Shown here in pieces: positions 26,545-38,435 of a DNA stretch of 64,000 nt; position 1 is the stretch's first letter; each line of letters starts with the position of its first letter. The stretch is from Octopus sinensis. Its lineage: Eukaryota. The notes beneath the pieces are model-generated. The model saw nothing but the letters and a program-made list of their open reading frames with translations. It had not been told where the DNA came from and made no database searches. The position numbers and the translations under genes were made by a program. The stretch spans positions 8,246,001-8,310,000 of the forward strand of contig NC_042997.1 in assembly GCF_006345805.1 (NCBI RefSeq), read 5' to 3'.

Positions 26545-26920
26545 TGGGACAAACAAAGACAACGGGTTCAAGTCGATTACATTGACCCCAGTTCGTAAGT
26601 GGTACTTATGTAATCAACCCCGAAAGGATGATAGGCAAAGTCGACCCCGGTGGAATTTGAACTCAGAACGTAACGGCAGACGAAATACCTATTTCTTTAC
26701 TACCCACAAGGGGCTAAACACGGAGGGGACAAACAAAGACAGACAAACAGATTAAGTCGATTATATTGACTCCAGTGCGTAACTGGTACTTATTTAATCG
26801 ACCCCGAAAGGATGAAAGGAAAAGTTGACCTCGGCGGAATTTGAACCCAGAACGTAAAGACAGACGAAATACCGCTAAGCATTTCGCCCGGCGTGCTAAC
26901 GTTTCTACCAGGTCACCGCC
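26545..26920 (-). mobile_element. SINE family A: head + 184-bp module (26690-26873) + second module with a diverged end
   Basis: The junction aatacc|tatttc lies at 26689/26690; the head ends caccgcc at 26920. Confidence 0.9.
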
Positions 26921-27117
26921 TTAAATATGTATACTTTATATATAAAACTGCACAACAGTTTTGGTTGTGTCCGACGAACGGGAACGTAAAACTCTGAGTA
27001 ACAGTTTTTATAATGTCTTTGCGGCTTTATTAATAAAGCGTATTACTCTACCGCCGTTATACTCGAGTACTGTTTTTTCCACCTTGTTTTACATTTAGTG
27101 CTTAATCCCATATATAT

Positions 27118-27353
27118 AATAAATGCGCCCTTTTAAAGCTTAGCCAGGCTCATGGGCCCGGTTTCCCGGTTTCTATCGCGTGTGTGTTCCCCAGTCCATT
27201 GTAGGGTTACTCATTTTTGCCAGTTGAGTGAACTGGAGCAACGTGAAATGAAGTGTTTTGCTCAAGAACCCAACGCGTCGCCCGGTCCAGGATTCGAAAC
27301 CACAATCTTATGATCATGGTGCTATCACTCTAACCACTAAGCCACGCGCCTCC

Positions 27354-27354
<1 letters not shown>
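27118..27354 (-). mobile_element. tRNA-derived SINE family C
   Basis: Reverse complement: ggaggcgcgtggcttagtggttagagtgatagc...ggtttcgaatcctggaccgggcgacgcgttgggttcttgagcaaaacacttcatttcacgttgctccagt...gggcccatgagcctggctaagctttaaaagggcgcattt. Confidence 0.85.
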
Positions 27355-27388
<34 letters not shown>

Positions 27389-27858
27389 CATATATATACA
27401 TATATATATATAAATATATATATATACAGATACAAATATATGTACGCGTGTGTTATATACTTATCTACATACATATGTAAAATATAAATATGTGAGTGTA
27501 AGAGTGCATATGTGTATGTGTATGTTCCATATATCCATCTTGATTATATCTACATATGTTTCTATTGAGATTAATTGACAGCTTGAAGTTTAAAAGGACA
27601 AAAGTTCAAAATATTCCGACTCAATCAATAGACAAGATGACAACAATGTTCGGTTTCTTTGTGTGGTTTCTTTTTTTTTTTTTTTGTACTCTTCTTTAAA
27701 TTGTTATTCGTGTCATTATTATTATTTATATTTATACGAAATACTTTTGCTACCACCACCATCAGCATAACTACTACGACTACGACAATAACATCAGCAG
27801 CAATATCAACTACTCCTCCTACACCTCCTCCTACTACTACTACTGCTGCTACTACTAA

Positions 27859-27890
<32 letters not shown>

Positions 27891-28100
27891 AGTGGAAAAT
27901 GCTGAAACAATATTGCAAAGTAAAACAATTCAATTTCCAAAGACGTTGAATTACTTGATTAGATACAAATATAAAATATCGTATCAGCATAGTGTTCATG
28001 AAATATTTTAGTTGTTTTCATAAATTTTACCAACGACATCATCATCATCATCAGTAGTAGTAGTAGTATTAGTAGTTGTAGTAGTAGTAGTAGTAGTAGT

Positions 28101-28142
<42 letters not shown>

Positions 28143-28422
28143 TCACTGATTTTATTATTATTGAATTTTCGTCCAGATGAAATCTTTTATACGTATTTGC
28201 GAGCACCATTATACAAACACACACTCGCTCACACACACATATATATATACATATACATACATATATATATATATATATATAATATATATATATATATAAA
28301 TAAATAAATAAATGTATATATGTATACATATATATTTATATTTATACATGTATATATATATATATATACACACACATACACACTAAATACTCATACATAT
28401 ACATTAATAATTTATTCATATG

Positions 28423-28466
<44 letters not shown>

Positions 28467-28686
28467 TATTAAGACTATCGTTAAGTGTGTATATGTATTT
28501 ATATATAGATTTCTCTATTGATGTATAAGTATGTGTAGATATATTCATACATATACATACATGCACATACATACACACTTTTCCATTGTGTACGTATATT
28601 TGTTATTGCATTATCAAAATTATTATAATCTTTCAAATTATAAATTTTTGCACTAGTAAAGCTTCTGGGTTTGTGTATGAATGCAT

Positions 28687-28764
<78 letters not shown>

Positions 28765-28965
28765 TATGTGTGCCTCTGTGCATACAGATGGGCAGATAAA
28801 TCTTCTACTTTTACTTGTCTCAGTCATTAAACTACAGCTATGCTGGGCCAATATCTTGAGGAATTTTAGTCGAACGTATGAAGACTAGTAATTTGTTGGC
28901 ACTTATCGGCTTCTCTTGCTGAACCTCTAGGTTGCGGGAACGCAAGCGCACGAACTATACGTGAG

Positions 28966-29008
<43 letters not shown>

Positions 29009-29019
29009 AAAATAAATAT

Positions 29020-29178
29020 TTCCTTCTCGAGCCTTGTCACGTTCATAAGGGCCGGTTACTTGGTTTCAATGGCGTATATATTCTCCACCTGGTGGGACGC
29101 CGTCCCGTCGCAAGATTACTCATTTTTGCCAGCTGAGTGGACTGTTGCAACGTGATGAGTTTGGCTCAAGAACACAAC
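29020..29178 (-). mobile_element. SINE family C-related partial copy
   Basis: tactcatttttgccagctgagtggactgttgcaacgtga...gctcaagaacacaac matches the body at 27200-27270; the head is missing. Confidence 0.7.
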
Positions 29179-29419
29179 TTATATATATAAGTAATGGTTG
29201 TTATCACTTCAACGTAGTTGTTCAATACAGAAAGCGGTTACTGTGCTTTTTAACACACTATCTGTGTCCGTTATATTGCAAAGAAGGGAGCGAACGACTC
29301 CCATCTAGCGCTGACATGAACCAATAGACGAGCTGCTTTCTGGGTATAATCCTTCGTCGTTACTGGTTATACATGTCTGCTAGACATGACCGTAGTTTGC
29401 AATATATATAAACAATTAT

Positions 29420-29727
29420 GTGGAGGCGCAATGGTCTAGTGGTTAGGGCAGCGGACTCACGGTCGCAGGATCGCGGTTTCGATTCCCAGACAGGGCGTTG
29501 TGAGTGTTTATTGAGCGAAAACACCTAAAAGCTCCACGAGGCTCCCGCAGGGGGTGGTGATCCCTGCTGTACTCTTTCACCACTCTTTCTCCCACTATTT
29601 CTTCTGTTGGCCTGCTCGCTTAGCCAGCGGCGTGGCGTCATTCGAAGGCTAAAACAATGCGAACGCATTGTGACCAGCGATGTGTAACAACATCTGATGG
29701 TCTGGTCGGTCACGTGATCACGTGATA
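29420..29727 (+). mobile_element. tRNA-derived SINE family D with RTE-like tail
   Basis: Head ggcgcaatggtctagtggttagggcagcggactc...ggtttcgattccc; tail ctggtcggtcacgtgatcacgtgata; TSD ataaacaattat at 29408-29419 and 29725-29736. Confidence 0.88.
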
Positions 29728-29999
29728 AACAATTATTATGTGTCCCCATATTCCCATATTTTCGGAGATGATCAGACTTCGCATGTGGAGACCATGTGCT
29801 TAAGCTAAAACAATTACGGTTTTGAAGGCATTCAAAAAAGTGCAACAAATATGTTAGCTTCAGAATATATATGTTATTTGGTGCTGATTGCTGCTTCGCG
29901 TCACCTGGCCACTGTCACGATTCTACCGTAACTGTTCAGGCCGAGGCTGTCGTTCAGTACGTCTACGCATCAGCATTATAAATATATGTATATGTATTT

Positions 30000-30177
30000 C
30001 CGGGTAGAAAAGACCACCCGGAAGACCTCCACGACGGTGGAGTGACGATTTCAAGAGGACGATTGGGATCACGTGGATGAGAAAGGCGCGATCCAGAGAG
30101 GAGTGGAAAGCGTGCTGTGACTAGCGGTGTCAAATGGACGCCTGACGGACTGGTCGGTCAAAGTGATCAAAGTGATA
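30000..30177 (+). mobile_element. 5'-truncated RTE-clade LINE 3' end
   Basis: Encodes RPPGRPPRRWSDDFKRTIGITWMRKARSREEWKACCD*, the RTE C-terminal GRP..RW.D...W..A..R..W motif. The tail is ctggtcggtcaaagtgatcaaagtgata, with TSD atatgtattt at 29990-99 and 30175-84. Confidence 0.85.
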
Positions 30178-30421
30178 TGTATTTATCTTTATAGAGCAGC
30201 CGTTCTGGTTTTTATTGCCTGGTGCTTATGGTTGCTCAGGTAACTTGACATTTGGGTATAATTTAAAAAACCCTCTCTTTGTCTCAATGGGGATAGACTT
30301 TTGCATTGAATAATATAGCTAGTCTATATATAATAACTTTAAAAGCGGGTAACTATCAGTCCATATCTACAGAACATGTACAAGAGAGAGGAAGATTGAC
30401 AAAAATCTTTCAAATGGCGAG

Positions 30422-30432
30422 GAGTAGAAGAG

Positions 30433-30475
<43 letters not shown>

Positions 30476-30516
30476 CAGTTGTTGTAGTAGTAGTTGTAGT
30501 AGTAGTAGTAGTAGTT

Positions 30517-30555
<39 letters not shown>
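30422..30555. repeat. (AGT)n microsatellite
   Basis: A poly-Ser/poly-Leu-encoding run inside ORF 30306-30977. Similar tri-nucleotide tracts occur at 27770-27890, 28053-28141, 41200-41520, 43700-43960 and 44560-44625. Confidence 0.92.
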
Positions 30556-30983
30556 AATGTAAAATCAATACATTCTGTAATACGATCATTATGTTTTTAG
30601 ATATTTTGCAAGAATATTGCAGATGCACATGCTACCAGTCTCTATTCTTTCAGCTACGTTTTTTTGTTTTTTTTTATGGTCTGTTGGCATACAGTGTGGA
30701 CTTTTCTATTATTTTCCCCTTTATAGTATGTGGTACGGCGTTAGATTTCAAACCCCATACGTGGCTAGCCTATGGGGTTTTGAAGTCTAACCAGATGGAG
30801 TACTTTTTGTTAATCTTACCATCACGGAACAGTACACTATGTGTGTGCATGTGTGTGTTTTTTATTTGTTCCAGTCAGTGGACTGCGATCATTTGGGGGG
30901 CACTGTCTTCAAATGATTTAGTCGGACAAATGGCCTCCAGTACTTCACGCTTTTACGTTAGGTGCCTCTTTTGCTGATCGGCC

Positions 30984-31077
30984 ACTTTTGCTTAAAGGCT
31001 AAAGTTAAGGGGGTGTAAACAAACTGACACCGATTATCAAGCGGTGGCGAGGACAAACACATGCACAAAGGCGCACA

Positions 31078-31080
<3 letters not shown>
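30984..31080 (-). mobile_element. Degenerate SINE B-related internal fragment
   Basis: cttttgcttaaaggctaaagttaagggggtgtaaacaaactgacaccgattatcaagcggtggcgaggacaaacac resembles the family B segment at 24541-24620. Confidence 0.55.
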
Positions 31081-31122
<42 letters not shown>

Positions 31123-32868
31123 TCACATGTGCGCGCACGCACAGACATTCACACACACGTATATGAACTGAAGAAGATGGAGATCAAAACACCGGGTGTC
31201 TTTAAGCAAATGCATAAAGTAAATTATTCTATGTTGCAAACAAACCACTACCCTGTGTGTGTACGGTTATCCTAAAATTAGAAGAATATTCCAATGATAT
31301 AGATATAAAGAGATTTATATAAATGGTAGTAACAAGCATTTTAATATTCTAAGATATCATACGGGATATTTTGCGTCCACTCTCACAATTTATCAGGTTT
31401 GTTCATTTTCTTTTCTAAGATATACCCCTTGTTTCTTAAGCCATGATAATACTATCGTTTGGTTGGCTTAAACGTATTTAGTGCTTTGCAACTGAAATCT
31501 AAAACGTTGTCTGTAGCTGAGTGAAAACGATATGTGGCAAATTTATATACCACTTTTCAATTTTGTGAAAATTTCAAATAGAAATAACTTATAACATATT
31601 TGATATTGTTAGTGTCGAAAAAATTAATAACTACCCTTACAGTAGGTAGGAAATATACACATTAATTCCATCACTTGTCTTTAAATATATCGAGTCAATA
31701 AATATTTTCTTTCTCTTAAGGGTTCATTTACTAAGCACTGAAATAAATCAGCCTACTAATACTGTGTTGGCCTCCAAATTTCAAGCCCTTAGACAGGCCT
31801 CATAATAACAAACTATTCTGTAAACTAACTTAAATCAATTTTCACCAATACTCTACTTGGCGTCAACTCAAAAGTATAAATTACTCAAAGTGTAAAGTGG
31901 AATGCATCACATTCATTCACCAACAGTTATATATACATTTTATAATACATTCATACAATATCTTGTTCAAGTTTCTTCCAGTATATGTGAATGGAATGGA
32001 AATGACAGTGCTACAGCTACTAAGAATCAAATCCATGTCATGGGCTCACATGAGCATATTTTCTGCTTTAGAGCACTCTACACACAAATCTATAGAATTA
32101 AAGCTCCCAGGAATTTTCTATTACTAGATTGTAGACGTAAGTGTAACTAATATATTTAACCAGCTTTATTCAGTAAAGCTGAAACTGATAGGATTACCAT
32201 CTATCACAAACATACATCCTTGAAAGTTATGTGCAGCAACAGAATAGTGTAATTTATTCTATGTAGCTACAATCTCAAATTGAATAAAAATACCTTCCTT
32301 GCTAGATATAAGGCGAATTTTCTATTATTTATTGCTACGTCAACTCTAAACGCTGAAGATGTCTTCAACAGAATAAAAATGGAAACCTTGAAAGACAATA
32401 AAGCAGTGAAATCTCTTTAGTTGCACGAGTATTTTCTCCAGCACTTTATAGTGCTAAACTATTGTAGAAGATAGTAAAAAACATCTTGAACTTTTTATAA
32501 AGAATTATTAGAAAACATAAAAAATATTCTTACTTCCATGAAATACTATATGGTGCGATTACAAGCCTAAGAAATGAACACATGAAATACTTCATGATAT
32601 TATAAAGAAAAAGTTGGATATCCACTTAATACTGAAGTATAAGTTAATATATACTATACAAGCAGGAATATATCAGAGTCACTCAAAGTATTACGTCGTA
32701 ATTCTAACACATTTTACTGTACTACAGTATTTTTCTGAACTATAAAATGTACATGTATAAGCAATGTTTATTATATGTTGCACCAGTGGTAGCCAATCAC
32801 AGTTATCTTTACATCATTTCATGTTAGAATAATGCTAGGGTTATGACTATATATATATTGTATACATA

Positions 32869-32919
<51 letters not shown>

Positions 32920-33964
32920 TACATATGTACATGTAACCAAGAGAACATCTCCTTTAGCTGGTTAACGATGCCCAACTGCATCCGATATATTGCGAGTAGG
33001 GGACAGAACCCCTATCATCTTTTAGTGACACGACCAGCAGACCAACCTGATTTCGGTTTATTTCTGCCTGTCTTCAGTACCGGACACCTTGTCTACTACA
33101 GACGGCAGTAGCTCGTTTCTATTCGCAATATAAATTCAAGCGACTCACAATCACTGATTTTGCAACAAGATAAAAAGCTAGTTCTAAAATCTTTCTAAGA
33201 GATGAACGCAGTAACGTACGTTTGAACGCAACAGCCATGTTGAAGTGGCTACGGACATTAATTGTTAGTACAACTACTGCGTTAGAAAGATTTCAGAACT
33301 AGCTTTTTTTGTTTTTATGTGTGTGTGCATGCGTGTGTGTGTGTGCACGCGCGTGTATGTGTGTCAGTGTGTGTATATTTGTGTGCGTATAAATATATAT
33401 GTATACGTGTGTATTATTAATGATAATAAAGGGTAAAATTAATTTATCAATTTATAATTAATAATCTTACCAAGTAGTTCGGTATGGTAAAAGAACCATT
33501 ATCGGTAAACTTATACAAACATTATTATAATTATAAACAGCAGGAGTGGCTGTGTGGTAAGTAGCTTTGCTAACCTCACTGACTGAAGAGTGACTTTGCT
33601 CACCGTACTACGGTTTGGACGCGTTTTCTTCCCGGTAAGAATTTTGCTGTGTTGTTAATTGTTGAATTTCTACTACTGAAAATTTGTCTTTAAACGTTGC
33701 TGAACTGTCTTGTTCTCCGGTTTTACCGGGGAATAATTGGATAATTTCTTACCGTTGAACTGTTAGCCATTGTGGCTTTTTATTTACGTGACTATATATA
33801 GTCCTGCCAGACTATTTTCGTGCCCCTCCCCCGAATGGGGGTGGGAACTGGAATTTTTGAACTGCTTTTTTGAACTACTTTGGAAGAAAAACTTTCTATA
33901 GGTTTCCCAGTTTTGTGGGAAACCAATATTCGTAATTTTTGTGTTGTCTAATTTCAACAGAATA

Positions 33965-35397
33965 ATGCCTGTTGAAATTATCCACGAAAGTAGTGCTCTT
34001 GAGGAAAGCAATGTTAAAAAATTTTCTGCGGTAGCCGCAGTGGCTACCGAGAACATTGACATCGATGTCAACCAGCTCGTCGAGCTATTTAAAAGAATGC
34101 AAGAGGAGGGTAGTGATGTTAAAATATCACCCTCCGCCAGTATCGTGGAGACCGAGAAGCGGACCGTAGTGTTTAAAACTTTCTGTCCACAAAGCAGAAG
34201 GTTCAAACACTTTGAAAAAAGCACCATCGAGAAATGCCTGTCCCCGATTTGGAAGGACATCGTGTACGTCGCCAGGGGACGGGCATATGGCACTGTGGAT
34301 GCCCGCTTCTCGGGGGAAGAAATGGCCCGCGGGCATTCTGTGAACCCCCTAAAAACCAAGGAGGTGGTACTTTTCCCAAGCTATAGGGGACGCAGGACGT
34401 CCCGGGTCAGGATTGTAGAAGCCCCGCCGGAAGTAGATCCGGTAGAGGTAGTGGCCGCCCTGTTATATAAAAAGGCGGACAAAATAAAAATACTAGAAGT
34501 AACATGCTCTACCCCTCGATTTTGGCTCGGGCGTAACATTAATATATTAATTCAAGGAACAGCGGAGGACCTGCAGCTCCTTCCTGAGAGGTTGCTCGTG
34601 GGCGAGAACGTAGCCCTCAGGGTACAGGTCGAAGGCCGAAAACCCACCTGTTACGCCTGCGGCAAAAAGGGCCACATTCGTGTAGACTGTCCAGACAAGC
34701 AAAAGAAACCGCAGACACCAGGCCCCTCAGATAATAAAAAAGTCCCTACCCTTGCAAACACACCTACCCCTACAAAAACAAAAAATCCCACTCCTGCTGT
34801 TACGGTGCCAACCCCAAAACAGACTGAAGAAAAAACCCAGCCCTCGCACTCACAAACCCCTACTCTATTAAAACCTCCCCCCCAAAAAAAAACTGCGGCG
34901 CCTACCGAACAAACTATTGCTACCCCAGACGATATCATGGAGGTATCAGAGGGGGATTTACACCAGTTCGTAAAAGAATTCGTGCAGCATCCCCGTCCAC
35001 ATCCCCTACAAAAAATAATAAAAACAAAGACACACCACAGACACGGAAAAAAAAATCCCGCTCAACTGGCCCAGAAAAAGAAGACAAAAAAGAAAATGAA
35101 CTCATATTAATTGAATTCGACACACAAAACAAATACATAAACGATATTGTGGTTCAGCATCAGTCAGCAAGACTGTACAACAAATACAAAGATCGAAATA
35201 GACACGCGTGGATTGCGGAAACAACGTTCAAACAATTAAAAGACAGACACCCAAACGCCATCCGGCATATCGCGAACTTGCCGGACTATCTGAAGAAAGA
35301 GGAGAAAGAAGGGGCCCACAAACGTGTGGTGAGGTCGGCCCCACCTCTCCAACGAAATGTAAGTAGAACTTTTACTTTTTGTAATGGCTTCGCTTAA
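33965..35397 (+). pseudogene. ORF1 (gag-like, CCHC zinc knuckle) with a probable 1-nt frameshift at the G5 run 34951-34955
   Basis: MPVEIIHES...CYACGKKGHIRVDC (CX2CX4HX4C) and a Pro/Thr-rich linker. Adding one G gives MEVSEGGFTPVRKRIR..., open to TAA 35395-97 and overlapping the ORF2 ATG by 14 nt. Confidence 0.8.
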
Positions 35398-37860
35398 CCT
35401 TGGTTGTTTAAATGTGCGTGGTCTGAGTTCGAAGTGGAAGCAGGCTTGTTTCCTCGACGACCTCAGATCACATGATATACATGTGATGGTTGCTACAGAG
35501 ACCAAGCTGGACAGCCTACAAACCTTCTCGCCTCTCCTGAATGGCTACGAGAAAATCATGTCTCCTGGCCAGACCGGAGGGCGAGGGGGCGTAGTGGTAC
35601 TGATCCGTAAAGACTTGGCTCTACAGACAAGTACAGTCTATGTAGACCCAGAAGGTGGGCTGGTCGTCCTTGATGTGACATACAGCAGTAAGGCCTTCAG
35701 GTTGATCGGACTCTACGCACCTTGTGCTAGAGGTTTCCAAACTGATTTTTATCGGCGCCTAGAGGGCTTTCTCGTGACGTCGAAGACTTTAGTGATATTA
35801 GGGGACTTTAATGCTATCGTTGACGTACACATCGATAGCGTTGGCTCGATCTATAGGAAAGTGAACTCACGTCTCGTGGATCTGCTTAAGCGGTTTCAGC
35901 TAGCAGATCGTTACAGACTTGACCATCCGAACGTCCCAGAGTGGACCTGGATGAGTGGCGACGGAAGGTTCAAGTCTTATCTAGACAGGATAGTGATAAG
36001 AACTAGAGATAAGTCTAGTTTTAGTTGTCCACAGCTCGTCCAGGTGCCCTATACTGACCATAGAATGGTCACGTGTAGACTGGACATAGATAGCACACTT
36101 AAGATAGGAACCGGCTACTGGAAGCTGAACAAGTCTATTTTGACACGCGAGGCATACCGTAGCCGGATTAAGGTGTTAGTGCAGAAGGCGTTAACCGGAG
36201 CCGTGGTTAATAACCGGTGGTGGTTCACCCTCAAAAGAGCCATTCGATTCGAGTCCATTAGATTTAGTAAACAACTAAGACTAGATAGGGCTAGAATAGA
36301 AGGGCAACTAGTTAAGAACTTAGAGGAGGCGTTGAGGTTGGGCTCTGCATCTCACATTTTAGCGGCGAGAACGGCATTAGACCGTCACCTCAAAACCAAA
36401 CATGAGGGATGTAGAGTCCGGGCTAAAGTACGAGCATTGGGCCGTGAGGGAATTAATGTTGCCGGATGGGCCCGTACGATAGAAACACAGCGTGGAAACA
36501 ATGCCACAATTGGGTCTCTTGTTGATGGAAACGAATGCACGATCAAGAACCGGGACGAGATGAGTAAGGCACTTCACAAGCACTTCGCCGAGTTGTTCGG
36601 GAGGTGCGGGACGCTGGATCGTGGTGAGGCCCTTAGGGACTTCCTGTCTGGTGGCCCGCGCCTCTCGACACGAGAGGCTGAGTGCTGTGAAGGGCCAATC
36701 ACAGCCGAGGAAGTAATCGAGGTGTTGGGCAAGTGCCCCGGGGAGAAGTCGCCGGGTCTCGATGGTCTGCCCTATGAATTTTATAGAAGTATGCCAGACT
36801 TGTTCGGGCACCTGCTGGCTAGCGTCTACGCCAACTGGCAGCAGAATGAGAGAATTCCCAAGTCTGCGAGCCGGGGGGCGGTGACGTTGATCAGGAAGGA
36901 CCCGAACAAGGGGGACGAGATAGGGAACTTCAGGCCCATAACTCTGTTAAACACAGAGTTAAAGATTCTGGCCAAGGTGCTAGCAAAAAGGTTGGCGCGG
37001 GTCGTGGACAAACTTGTCGGGGAAGCGCAAACGTGCGCTATCCCCGGCAGAACGATCCACGACAATCTCCACCTTATACGCTACTCCTTAGAGAGGGTGG
37101 GGAAGCTTTCTGGCGCAGGGGGAGCACTGGTACATTTAGACCAGTCCAAAGCATTTGATAGGGTCGACCATCGGTACCTGGCGGCGGTCCTCGAACTCAG
37201 CTACTATCTCGGGTGGGCAACGCCGGCAACAGGAGTTCCACCACGGATTTCTATAGCGGGTTAGTGGAGATTAAGTCCGAAGACGCCTTGGGGGAGACCT
37301 TGGGCTACGATGAAAATCAGTTGGTCAACCTGTTCCGGAGGACGTTCGGGCCGGGGTATCTGGATAATTACCAGAAATCCCTGGCCTGGCAGTGTTTCCG
37401 TGCGGCTTTACCTGTTCGCGACAAGCTGTCAAGGCACGGTAGTGCCGTCTCGCCGACATGCCCGCGATGTGAGCAGGATAGGGAGACCGTCTTGCACGCA
37501 TTCGTGGAGTGTCCGGAGTTATCGGGACTGATAGCTTTTGTTGAACAACTGTTGTCAGTGATGGGAAGAGTACAGCTATCAGCTAAGTCTATCATCGAGA
37601 TTGTGCCGCCCCCTTTCCTTAACAGGGAAAGAAAGGCTTGTTTTTTCTCTGTAGTAGCCATACTGAAAGTAACAGTATGGAAGACGCGTACGAAAGGTAT
37701 AGTGACAGGCACCTTTGTCTCCGGCCAGGGGTTGATTAACTTTTTTAGTTACCACCTCAGTAGCAAAATCAGGCTGGAGAAGAGGTGTCTGTCACGAGAT
37801 ATGTTTGTGAAAAGATGGAAGCCTGTGGCATACAAGATGGGTATGTTTGGCACCAGGTAA
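35384..37860 (+). pseudogene. ORF2 (AP endonuclease + N-terminal RT, RT core deleted, C-terminal zinc finger)
   Basis: APE motifs LNVRGL, ETK, GDFN, SYLDR and TDH; GYWKLN; RT motifs KSPGLDGLPYEFY, NFRPITLLN...KILAKVLAKRL and LDQSKAFDRV. The frame shifts near 37195 into WQCFRAALPVRDKL...CPRCEQDRETVLHAFVECP; QG and YADD motifs are absent. Confidence 0.9.
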
Positions 37861-38251
37861 GTGTGACCGGATCAGAAAGTAAAGGTTCTACCCGGATGGC
37901 TGGGTGTCCGTCCTTCGACATGATCATTAATATTTTTAAACATTGCCTTCGTAAAATTCATTATTTATAATCTTATCCGTAATTTCATTCGAAAATTGTA
38001 ACTGTGTTAAGCTACTTCACCCTTTATATTTGTCTGTCCTTGTTTGTCCCCTCTTTGTAAATGCCTAAATGGCAAATTATATGAAATAAAGTAGCTTGCT
38101 AACCAACCACATGGTTCCGGGTTCAGTCCCACTGCGTGGTATCTTGGGCAAGTGTCTTCTGCTATAGCCCCGGGCCGACCAATGCCTTGTGAGTGGATTT
38201 GGTAGACGGAAACTGAAAGAAGCCTGTCGTATATATGTATATATATATATA

Positions 38252-38435
38252 TATTTCTTTACTGCCCACAAGGGGCTAAACATAGAGGGGACAAACAAGG
38301 ACAGACGAAGGGATTAAGTCGATTATATCGTCCCCAGTGCGAAACTGGTGCTTTATTTATCGACCCCGAAAGGATGAAAGGCAAAGTTGACCTCGGCGGA
38401 ATTTGAACTCAGAACGTAACGACAGACGAAATACC
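38252..38435 (-). mobile_element. Solo 184-bp SINE-A module without a head, inserted in the (TA)n of SINE B
   Basis: The minus strand begins exactly at ggtatttcgtctg and ends aaagaaata; (TA)n lies on both sides. Confidence 0.88.

Larger units (their letters stand above)
33576..38088 (+). mobile_element. Tx1/L1-clade non-LTR retrotransposon, apparently 5'-complete but internally deleted
   Basis: 5' UTR, CCHC ORF1, APE-RT ORF2, C-terminal zf-RVT-like motif and a short 3' UTR ending GAAATA. It is flanked by TSD aagtagc(t)ttgctaacc at 33559-33575 and 38089-38104. Confidence 0.92.

Noticed and set aside
30306-30977. 223-aa ORF
   Set aside because: It spans an AGT microsatellite and SINE-like debris, with no domain signal.
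33576-33620. ctgaagagtgactttgctcac at the LINE 5' end as a ribozyme
   Set aside because: The core and a stem II are present but there is no following GAAA or stem III.
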